Positions 37,845 through 45,219 of a stretch of DNA of 64,000 nucleotides are shown piece by piece. The translations under genes and the position numbers were made by a program. This stretch comes from a virus (lineage: Duplodnaviria > Heunggongvirae > Uroviricota > Caudoviricetes). Location: positions 139,468 through 203,467 of IMG/VR virus record IMGVR_UViG_3300049460_000121; one strand, written 5' to 3'. The first letter of the stretch is position 1. Each line of letters opens with the position of its first letter. A model generated the notes under the pieces. That model worked only from the letters and a program-made list of their open reading frames with translations, did not search any database and was not told where the DNA came from.

Positions 37845-38327
37845 TTACTGACCCTCGACTTCTGGCTTGAGAAACTCTTCAACAGCTTTGAGTAGCTGTA
37901 TGAAGCTTGCTTCTTCACCTTTGCCGATTGGTGCAGCGTCGATAAGATCGCAACCAGTGCTACCGGTACCAATCAGCCCGTGGTGTGGGTCGAAGGGTTT
38001 CTTGAAGTAGTACCACGCGCCACGGATCGAAGTACCCCATTCCAGCCGGTCCTGGAGGAGAGGTAGGTTAACCGTGATGCAGTAATGTAGATGCCGCTGG
38101 GGATCGCTGATCAGGGTGAAGTTAGTCTTGTCACCGATCGAGATCAGAGTAGGCATCATGATCCTCACCAACGCTTCGTCCATCCCGCTGTCGTAGGTGC
38201 TGATACCAAACATACCGGCAACTGTTTCGTAAGGACCGCGTTCTGGATCGTTCGTGAGTTCCTTCATCTCAGCGTGCATCTTTTCCAGCCACTCGAACCA
38301 TTGTTCTTTCGTAGTCAACTTTACCAT
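37845..38327 (-). CDS. Phage hypothetical protein (LEWGTSIRGAW motif)
   Basis: 160 aa, SD GAGGA. Confidence 0.75.
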   Translation of the reverse strand: MVKLTTKEQWFEWLEKMHAEMKELTNDPERGPYETVAGMFGISTYDSGMDEALVRIMMPTLISIGDKTNFTLISDPQRHLHYCITVNLPLLQDRLEWGTSIRGAWYYFKKPFDPHHGLIGTGSTGCDLIDAAPIGKGEEASFIQLLKAVEEFLKPEVEGQ

Positions 38328-38341
38328 TGCAACATTCCTCT

Positions 38342-38377
38342 AAAAGAAAATAACAGAAAGGGTGGGTTGCCCCACCC
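38342..38377 (-). terminator. Rho-independent terminator
   Basis: GGGTGGG-GCAA-CCCACCC followed by TTTCTGTTATTTTCTTTT. Confidence 0.75.
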
Positions 38378-38384
38378 CCTCGCA

Positions 38385-38729
38385 TTAGAACACGATCACG
38401 TTAGTGATCTCACCGATGCCGCTGTAAGCTTGGCAGGCGGCGTACATGTCAGCGTGCTTCTTCGGGAAGACGCAGGCGCCGACGCTCGAAGTCTCGAGTA
38501 CCAGTTTACCTTCATCGTCCAACCCGATCGGATTGAGGCAGAAGTACTCGTACTGCTTGAACAACGGAACGACGTGGACACGGTCGCCATTCTTGAATTC
38601 GGCAACGCCGGAGACAGTCATGACGTCTTTGCCACCGTTGTGGCCGTCACGCAGTTTCAGGTTGTCGTTACGCAGTGCAGCAGCCACGGCGACGATGTCG
38701 CGATGGTTCAAACGGGAGATTGCGTTCAT
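38385..38729 (-). CDS. Hypothetical protein
   Basis: 114 aa from ATG 38729 behind the conserved SD hairpin. Confidence 0.75.
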   Translation of the reverse strand: MNAISRLNHRDIVAVAAALRNDNLKLRDGHNGGKDVMTVSGVAEFKNGDRVHVVPLFKQYEYFCLNPIGLDDEGKLVLETSSVGACVFPKKHADMYAACQAYSGIGEITNVIVF

Positions 38730-38734
38730 GCTTT

Positions 38735-38749
38735 TGTCCTCCACGGACT
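38735..38749 (-). promoter_or_regulatory. Conserved SD hairpin AGTCCGTGGAGGACA, copy 2
   Basis: Identical to copy 1, 5 nt upstream of the ATG. Confidence 0.7.
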
Positions 38750-38759
38750 GAGTTGTTAC

Positions 38760-39056
38760 TTAATGAGTGCTGTACCAGTTGTCCAGGAATTGGACGTGGT
38801 AATCGTAACCTACACTCATCCCGTAGCCTGAGCCTAGGATGAATGCAATGGTGATAATCCAGTGCATCGCCGGAACCTTCTCACCAGCCTTGTGTGTGAT
38901 GATGAAGAAGACTGTCGTCATGAACATCACCATGAGGCACAGGAAGATCGAAATGTACCCGATGTTGAACGGGACGTCTGGAGTAGGTGGACCTTTGGGT
39001 GACTCTGTACTCGACATCACCCAGGTGGCTACTGCGAAGAAGTAGACCAGATCCAT
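38760..39056 (-). CDS. Small membrane protein (2-3 TM)
   Basis: 98 aa, two clear hydrophobic helices; TGATG overlap with the upstream gene. Confidence 0.65.
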   Translation of the reverse strand: MDLVYFFAVATWVMSSTESPKGPPTPDVPFNIGYISIFLCLMVMFMTTVFFIITHKAGEKVPAMHWIITIAFILGSGYGMSVGYDYHVQFLDNWYSTH

Positions 39057-39448
39057 CAGACTGCGAACGACTTGGTTTCGTTGAGGATCTTGTTCACCAG
39101 GAACACTGGAACCATGAAGCCTGGCGGGATGTCATCGGTGCTAAACCGCTCTTCCAGGTCAGCCAGGATGCGCTCGACGTGGGTTTCTTCTTCCAGGTCG
39201 AGGTAGCCGTCGGTGAACTTGGTACCGATGGCCGAATTATGGAAGCGATCGGCTACTACCGATGCGTGATCCAGTTGTTCGTCGTCCAGTTTGGACTCAT
39301 CGTACTTGCTGATGACGCGGATGCGATCGACGATGTGGTTCATCTGCGCCAGGCACTCATCCGACAGGCGAACCATGATGGTGCCGTCGGTGGTGATCTT
39401 GTTACGCAGGGAAGCTTCGATTGCAGCGAGGGTGATTTTAGTAGTCAT
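39056..39448 (-). CDS. Hypothetical protein
   Basis: 130 aa behind the conserved SD hairpin. Confidence 0.75.
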   Translation of the reverse strand: MTTKITLAAIEASLRNKITTDGTIMVRLSDECLAQMNHIVDRIRVISKYDESKLDDEQLDHASVVADRFHNSAIGTKFTDGYLDLEEETHVERILADLEERFSTDDIPPGFMVPVFLVNKILNETKSFAV

Positions 39449-39453
39449 GGTGC

Positions 39454-39468
39454 TGTCCTCCTCGGACT
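39454..39468 (-). promoter_or_regulatory. Conserved SD hairpin AGTCCGAGGAGGACA, copy 3
   Basis: One mismatch (in the loop), 5 nt upstream of the ATG. Confidence 0.7.
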
Positions 39469-39539
39469 AGGGTTGATCCTGATGGATCAGTGGGGTTGTT
39501 CATGTCTACTATGTATGACCAAAACAAAGTTAACTACAC

Positions 39540-39582
39540 AAAAAAAGAACAGATACCAGTAGGCGTAGTGCCTACTGGTATC
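39540..39582 (-). terminator. Rho-independent terminator
   Basis: 13-bp stem GATACCAGTAGGC-actac-GCCTACTGGTATC then TGTTCTTTTTTT. Confidence 0.8.
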
Positions 39583-39593
39583 CTATTGCGCGA

Positions 39594-39857
39594 TCAATCT
39601 ACCTGCACTTGAACGTAGACTTTGGTCTTACCTTGCATGAAGTCATAGTTGCTTACGTACTGCGCTTCATGCAAAGGCTTAGAACTAATCCATACCTGAA
39701 TGATATCCTGTCCACATTTACGTAGGATCTTAGACACACGGTTCTGCATACGTCTACGACCCATAGTTGACATAGTAGGGAACTCGCGTTTCAGCATGAT
39801 TACCATGCGTTCATGACATTCCTTACCACGCTCTATTTCTGACGGTGTTCTATACAT
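39594..39857 (-). CDS. Small basic hypothetical protein
   Basis: 87 aa, SD GAGGGG, AT-richer codons. Confidence 0.6.
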   Translation of the reverse strand: MYRTPSEIERGKECHERMVIMLKREFPTMSTMGRRRMQNRVSKILRKCGQDIIQVWISSKPLHEAQYVSNYDFMQGKTKVYVQVQVD

Positions 39858-39872
39858 TCGTACACTACCCCT

Positions 39873-40133
39873 CTATGGCGCGATCAAGAACATGATGCGG
39901 CCAAAGAACTTGAACGAGATGGCGTCCCACCCAGCACGCCCGTAGATCTTCTCGATCCAGGCTTCCATCCATTCCTCGGAATCGACGTCCACACGGATAT
40001 GCTCACCCCAGCCATTGCAGGGATCAGTAGTGATGGAGTTTTCTTTTAATGCCAGGTCAATGGCGGTACGGACTTTAGCAAACGCCTCGTCCCGCATCAC
40101 CACTTCTTCCGGCGTGGTCAATTCCACGTTCAT
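39873..40133 (-). CDS. Hypothetical protein
   Basis: 86 aa, SD AAGGAG. Confidence 0.7.
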   Translation of the reverse strand: MNVELTTPEEVVMRDEAFAKVRTAIDLALKENSITTDPCNGWGEHIRVDVDSEEWMEAWIEKIYGRAGWDAISFKFFGRIMFLIAP

Positions 40134-40136
40134 GCG

Positions 40137-40550
40137 TTACTCCTTGAGACTGTGTAGCAGACCAACCAAGTACTTGATCATGCGATCCCCATCCTCGCGG
40201 TCATCATTACGAAGACGGCAAGTGAGTGGTGCATAGATCTTGCCACGGCTGCGCATTTCGAAGTTGACCAGATGGGCGTGGAAGTTCATCCACCCCTGAT
40301 TGCAGGTGGTGTGGGCATTGGTATCGATAGTGACGATAATGTCGCTACGATGGTGATCCTGCCCGATGAGTGTCCGTACCGACAGGTCCAATTGCATACA
40401 ACCCATTGGACGTTTAGGACAATCAATCACTTCCCGCCGGTAGTGTTGGAACATGGCAGGTTCAGGATGACCTTCCACAAAGTGCTTTGGTGCCAACGTC
40501 TCGTTGATCTCGAGGATGAGATCTTGAATGCGGGCGTTGTAATTATTCAT
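40137..40550 (-). CDS. Hypothetical protein
   Basis: ATG 40550 (MNNYNAR), SD GGGGAG, ATGA overlap with the upstream stop. Confidence 0.7.
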   Translation of the reverse strand: MNNYNARIQDLILEINETLAPKHFVEGHPEPAMFQHYRREVIDCPKRPMGCMQLDLSVRTLIGQDHHRSDIIVTIDTNAHTTCNQGWMNFHAHLVNFEMRSRGKIYAPLTCRLRNDDREDGDRMIKYLVGLLHSLKE

Positions 40551-40893
40551 CGACTCCCCCGTTAGCCAGGTAATAACCATGGCTATTGATTTTCAGTTGT
40601 TTGACATGCCCAGAGGCGAGGGCGTATTTGAGTATCTCATCGTCCACTGACGCGTAGATCATCTCCAGGTAGCGGACATTCCGCCCTCGCACGTCTATCT
40701 TGCCGATCAGTGCTGAGATCATCCGGTGCTTGAACATGTATGACAGTGCTGCTGGCGGGTCTAAAGAGAGGTCACCCAGCCAGAGATCACTCGTGCCTGA
40801 CGGATACTCCAACTCTGTTATCCGGTCTAACTCAGCCACGAGTCTAGGGCAATGCCCTATGAATGCGGCTTGTGTATCGAAGCCGCAGTACAT
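40543..40893 (-). CDS. Hypothetical protein
   Basis: 116 aa, coupled to its neighbours. Confidence 0.65.
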   Translation of the reverse strand: MYCGFDTQAAFIGHCPRLVAELDRITELEYPSGTSDLWLGDLSLDPPAALSYMFKHRMISALIGKIDVRGRNVRYLEMIYASVDDEILKYALASGHVKQLKINSHGYYLANGGVDE

Positions 40894-40897
40894 GGGA

Positions 40898-41371
40898 TCA
40901 TTCCTCGTCGAGTTCAGCCTTGACTTGCAGTAGTCCGTTAGCGCGGATGGCTTTGAACATCAGCAACTTACCGGTGATGATGTCCTGGTTGTACCACACG
41001 ACCAGATCTTCGATGACCTGATTGTATTCGACCAGCAAGACCATCGCATCGCCCAACTCTGGGTTCAGCTCTTCAAGCTTATCGCCCAAGTCAGCGAGGT
41101 GGTTTAGAGCCTCCTTGGCAGTCCACTTATGGTAGTGGATTTCGTACAGCGGGAACTGCGCCTGGTAACGGCCATTGCCCGAAGACCAGTTGATAGTCAT
41201 CGCGATGTAGCCGTCCATATGTTCGCGGGTCCAAAAGAAGTCCTTGGGCGCTGTACGCCTTTCTGCCATCTCACCCCAACGCTTACGCTCTGACAGTTGG
41301 AACCTATCACACTCCTCTTTGTAGAACTTCACGAAGGCGTCAAACCGCACCTGATCTAATGATTCTGCCAT
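40898..41371 (-). CDS. Hypothetical protein, paralog of 41383-41844
   Basis: ATG 41371 (MAESLDQ), SD AAGGGG; FD.F..FY motif. Confidence 0.7.
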   Translation of the reverse strand: MAESLDQVRFDAFVKFYKEECDRFQLSERKRWGEMAERRTAPKDFFWTREHMDGYIAMTINWSSGNGRYQAQFPLYEIHYHKWTAKEALNHLADLGDKLEELNPELGDAMVLLVEYNQVIEDLVVWYNQDIITGKLLMFKAIRANGLLQVKAELDEE

Positions 41372-41382
41372 ACCTTTCCCCT

Positions 41383-41844
41383 TCAATATTCGATTGTGAT
41401 CAACCCGTTCCAGGCGATCGCGTAGATTCCAGTGATCGTGTCGTCCTTCTCTGTCATCGACATGTACAGTTCGGATAACACCCCATCGTCTACTACCCCG
41501 AGGAGCGCATTGACGCAAATGGGCAAACGAGCATGGGTCTTGGCAATACTGCCGTCATCCAACATCTGCTCAAGCTTATCCACAGCGTCATGACCACGAT
41601 AGATCAGGTAACGCATCGTCCGATCTATCGCAGCTGAGTTGACGTACATGTTGAGCCCGTACCCATGCTTGACGCACAGGTGAACACAGGCATCACCTTC
41701 GGTTACTTTAAACTCAAACCCTTCCGGCGGATCCGCCTCTAGCAATCGATCCCACAGCCCCTTCTCTTTGAAGTCGATGTGGTCCCGGTTCGCAGCATAG
41801 AACTCCTTAAATGAATCAAAGTTAGTGCTCGTCTTTGCAGACAT
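41383..41844 (-). CDS. Hypothetical protein, paralog of 40898-41371
   Basis: 153 aa, SD GAGGA. Confidence 0.7.
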   Translation of the reverse strand: MSAKTSTNFDSFKEFYAANRDHIDFKEKGLWDRLLEADPPEGFEFKVTEGDACVHLCVKHGYGLNMYVNSAAIDRTMRYLIYRGHDAVDKLEQMLDDGSIAKTHARLPICVNALLGVVDDGVLSELYMSMTEKDDTITGIYAIAWNGLITIEY

Positions 41845-41888
41845 CGTCGAATCCTCAGTTTTTATTCTTTGAGATCATTCAACTGCGA

Positions 41889-42260
41889 TTAGCCCTTCTT
41901 CACGAGTCCTGAAGCAAACAGGTCATCGAGGGGGACAGGTGGTTCGTTCCAGTCTTTCGGTGGCACGTACGGAGGAACATCGATCACAGGCTGTGGGATG
42001 TATTCCGGGATGCAGGCGGTAGTAGTCACCTGACCATCCAACACAGCCAGGATGGTGACCTTACTGCCATCGAATGCCAGGAGGTTAGCGAGGCCACGGT
42101 TAGTCGGATGGAACCGCACCATCAGGTAACCCTTGGCAGCTTTGATGAACGGGACGATTAACAACTCGTCCATCTCAGTAACCTCGCCCGTGGCAGCATC
42201 CTCGATACCGCAAGGGCCTGGATGGGTTTCAGCAGTCATGTGTTGGCTATAACGAATCAT
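41889..42260 (-). CDS. Hypothetical protein with Pro-rich C-terminus
   Basis: 123 aa, SD AGGGGAG. Confidence 0.7.
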   Translation of the reverse strand: MIRYSQHMTAETHPGPCGIEDAATGEVTEMDELLIVPFIKAAKGYLMVRFHPTNRGLANLLAFDGSKVTILAVLDGQVTTTACIPEYIPQPVIDVPPYVPPKDWNEPPVPLDDLFASGLVKKG

Positions 42261-42272
42261 GGGAATCTCCCC

Positions 42273-42632
42273 TTAAATCTTGAAATCATAGCTCGGCAGG
42301 TAAACTGGTATCTTCACCCGTCGAGTCGCCTTGACCATGTCGGTCGTTCCTCTACCGCCGGGGAAGGCTACAACGCCATCCACACCTTCAATCGCTAACA
42401 TGACTCTGTTGCGAATAGGTCCAGCGGATTTAGGGTACGTGTCCCAATCGGCAGGCTCTGTGTGATAAGGCACACCACGGTCAATGGCCCAATCACGCCC
42501 TAGCCGATCCACGCCCCGTGCACCACCTTCAATCAAGAGGGTGATGACCCGTTCACGATGTACGTGATCGAGTACCATGTAAATGAAGTCACGGTCGATG
42601 TAATCACGACCGCCGGAGATTATAATCTTCAT
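42273..42632 (-). CDS. SLOG superfamily (DUF2493 / YspA-like) nucleotide-binding protein
   Basis: KIIISGGRD, GGARGVD, PADW...AGPIRN, VVAFPGGRGT.DM signature motifs. Confidence 0.85.
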   Translation of the reverse strand: MKIIISGGRDYIDRDFIYMVLDHVHRERVITLLIEGGARGVDRLGRDWAIDRGVPYHTEPADWDTYPKSAGPIRNRVMLAIEGVDGVVAFPGGRGTTDMVKATRRVKIPVYLPSYDFKI

Positions 42633-43176
42633 GGCCTGTCAGCACTGCCTCCACTGCGTAAGGATAACGTTCCCGCCACCGTTGACGCATCTCGATATCC
42701 ATCGAGTCGTAGGCACGACGCAGTACAGTCGCACGATCCCCAGCACGCTTCTTGTCAACCATCCTGGGCAGTAGGTAGGTTTCGATGTTGTACTTTTCGA
42801 TGGTCGCGCTTTCATGACCCCACCACACGCGGACCTTGCCCTTGAAGTCCTTACCGAAGCGTTCCTTGAAGAGCGTGCCAAGGTTACCCGCCTGGATCAA
42901 CTTAATGCCGAAGCTTCGGCGAGAGTTTTCACTGACGTGCACTTCACCTGTAGCGATGTCTTCAATGATGAAGATCGTCTTACGTAATGGGGTTGCTGCT
43001 GATGCAATCTCCAGGTCTACCGGACTGAATTCAATCCCCAGGATACTGGCCCGACCATCACTCAGTTGTAACTCCATCGGTTTCCCGAATCTCCCGTACG
43101 GACTCGACAATTGGATCTTGTAGTCTTCCGGAGAAGGCATCTTCTCTTCAATAGCTTTTATCAGCTGTGGATCCAT
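42604..43176 (-). CDS. Hypothetical protein with a degenerate GIY-YIG-like module
   Basis: 190 aa, SD AAGGGG; TIFIIEDIATGEVHVSE resembles G[IV]Y.I.N..TGK.Y[IV]G. Confidence 0.6.
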   Translation of the reverse strand: MDPQLIKAIEEKMPSPEDYKIQLSSPYGRFGKPMELQLSDGRASILGIEFSPVDLEIASAATPLRKTIFIIEDIATGEVHVSENSRRSFGIKLIQAGNLGTLFKERFGKDFKGKVRVWWGHESATIEKYNIETYLLPRMVDKKRAGDRATVLRRAYDSMDIEMRQRWRERYPYAVEAVLTGHEDYNLRRS

Positions 43177-43191
43177 ATTCCATCCCCTTGA

Positions 43192-43425
43192 TTAACGGTG
43201 CACACGGGTAAGTTTACCCGTGGCTATATTCACATGGACTTCTTCACCCGGAGCTAGGTACTTGATGTTCGCATCCTCCACCTTAAAGATGAAGATCACG
43301 TTCCCCGCTTTGACGTGGATCTCTTTGCCGATGCCGTCTATGCAGGTAGCTATCCAAGGACCTAGGTTCATCCGTAAGGCTGTCCCTATCAGTGGTCGCA
43401 GTTCTGCGATGTTGCTAGCTCGCAT
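43192..43425 (-). CDS. Small hypothetical protein
   Basis: ATG 43425 (MRASNIAE), SD AAGG. Confidence 0.65.
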   Translation of the reverse strand: MRASNIAELRPLIGTALRMNLGPWIATCIDGIGKEIHVKAGNVIFIFKVEDANIKYLAPGEEVHVNIATGKLTRVHR

Positions 43426-43429
43426 GGCG

Positions 43430-44260
43430 TTAGCCTTTCTTGCGGTGCTTGCCTTCGACGTAGCCGGTGACGATAGCGAAGAAATCACGCTCGTCATCGT
43501 TGAGTGTGAGTGGCTCTGCACGGCTAGTACGATTGGAACGATCGCCCTGTTGCTTCAGCCATTCTTGCTCGGTACCGTAGTCGCCGCTGAAGCATGGCTC
43601 AACCCCACCAGTGCGCAAGTGGACCATCTCCACATCTTGGGCCTTGGTCAAACCCAGTGTACGTACTTGCCAGGCGGCATTAAGACGATCGCGTTCGTGT
43701 AGGTTAAACACGATCTGACCGACGGAGAAACCTTTGGGCTTCCTGGCTGGATTCACCGAACTCCAGTGATTGCTCATCAGCTCCAACGCTTGATTGCTGA
43801 TGTTGAAGGTCAGCATGCGTAGGATGTTGAGGTCGGTGTCGTCCATCACCTTGTCGGCAGGAAGAGCGCGACGGCGAGCTTGCGGTTCTTTCCGAGTATC
43901 TTTACCGAAACTCTGCTCAGCGTCCGGTTGGACTTCGAGAGGAGGTTGGTGGAACCAGGTGTTGTTCAGGATGAACGATTGCTCGTAACCCAGGTCCAGA
44001 ACGGATTGGTGCACATCGCCACGGCGCTGACCCTCGACCTGCTGCATGTAGTAGTCGATCTGAAGATCGCCAGCGCCATTGACACTGAAATCACTCAGAC
44101 CAATCTCAATCCCATCGGTAATCAGCCGTAGGTCTGCATTCTGACTGAGGAGCGTACGCCCCAGGGTGAACGTCACGAACAACGCTGGAATATCTTTGAT
44201 CTCCTCGCTATTCAGACCCATGTGTTGAACGAATTCATTAAACGCTACTTGTCGAATCAC
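43430..44260 (-). CDS. Hypothetical protein
   Basis: 276 aa, GTG start, SD AAGGAG. Confidence 0.7.
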   Translation of the reverse strand: MIRQVAFNEFVQHMGLNSEEIKDIPALFVTFTLGRTLLSQNADLRLITDGIEIGLSDFSVNGAGDLQIDYYMQQVEGQRRGDVHQSVLDLGYEQSFILNNTWFHQPPLEVQPDAEQSFGKDTRKEPQARRRALPADKVMDDTDLNILRMLTFNISNQALELMSNHWSSVNPARKPKGFSVGQIVFNLHERDRLNAAWQVRTLGLTKAQDVEMVHLRTGGVEPCFSGDYGTEQEWLKQQGDRSNRTSRAEPLTLNDDERDFFAIVTGYVEGKHRKKG

Positions 44261-44276
44261 AGTGAAGCTCCTTGTG

Positions 44277-44951
44277 TTATTTTAGACCCAGGCCTTTATC
44301 ATGCAAGGTATCAGCCAGTTCATTGAGTTCGAGGTTGAGGATGTCGTCCGTGGACCGTGGGTCATTAGACTTTGTCTGGAAGTAGACACAGGTAATGCAG
44401 CCAGGCACCTTGTACTCACTCTCACCGCGACAGATGACTCGACCACTAGGGAGGAGTAGCATCCACACATCGTCCACATCGTCGTAATTCAGCTTACAGC
44501 GATGAATCTCGAACGGATGTGTGTTGATGATCTCTTCAATCATCGAGAACGCCAGATGGATCGCCGCAAACTCAGTACGTTCGAACAGAATCCCAGAGAG
44601 GGTCTTCCCTTGGTTCTGCTGGAAGTACGCAGCCTGTTCGTGACAATGGTTAGCATAACGCAGGTTTTCCATTGTCAGTATAGAAGTCTTGAGTGCAGGG
44701 ATCGACTCTGGCACCTCACCGTCTAACGGAATCCCTAGACTGGTCAGGTAGCAATCGATAGCCGCGAATGCGTAATCGGGGAGGTAGATGTAGTGGGTGG
44801 AGTTATGAGGTCCCAGGTGTACGGTCAATTGACCTGTCCCTTCACCTTGCGCGTTATGAATTCGGATGTGCTCCATCACCAGTTTGGTGTGGCCTGCTGC
44901 GACAGCGAGGTCAACTCGCTCTTGCGTAGAGAGTGCTCTTTTCAAAGACAT
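44277..44951 (-). CDS. Hypothetical protein, first gene of the accessory run
   Basis: ATG 44951 (MSLKRAL) with SD AGGAG. Confidence 0.7.
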   Translation of the reverse strand: MSLKRALSTQERVDLAVAAGHTKLVMEHIRIHNAQGEGTGQLTVHLGPHNSTHYIYLPDYAFAAIDCYLTSLGIPLDGEVPESIPALKTSILTMENLRYANHCHEQAAYFQQNQGKTLSGILFERTEFAAIHLAFSMIEEIINTHPFEIHRCKLNYDDVDDVWMLLLPSGRVICRGESEYKVPGCITCVYFQTKSNDPRSTDDILNLELNELADTLHDKGLGLK

Positions 44952-45173
44952 GCCATATCTCCTAAGCTTAGTGTATTCACTTGAATAATGTATCACCCGG
45001 AGAAGTTTGCGTAATAAAAGCTCCCCCTCCTGAACACAGTTAAGAGCACTAGGGACACTCACTTCGTTCGTTGTCTATACGTTCGTTTCGTTCGCCCCAG
45101 GCTCACTACACTCACTTAGCAAGAATTAAATTAGTTCATCTGATGACTACAGTTTGTAAAAAATTACGTCAAC

Positions 45174-45207
45174 AAAATAGAGTAGGAGTGGGCCGAAACC
45201 CACTCCT
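45174..45207 (-). terminator. Terminator after the portal gene
   Basis: AGGAGTGGG-tttcgg-CCCACTCCT then ACTCTATTTTGTT. Confidence 0.7.
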
Positions 45208-45219
45208 CTCCAAAGGGAC

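Noticed and set aside
42180-42970. IED(A/I)ATGEV in two nearby proteins
   Set aside because: A common beta-hairpin motif; the DNA is dissimilar and there is no wider alignment.
45144-45172. Sigma70-like TTGACG-N17-TAGTCA on the minus strand
   Set aside because: The -10 box is poor (lacks the final T) and phiKZ-like phages use their own RNAPs; cannot be supported.
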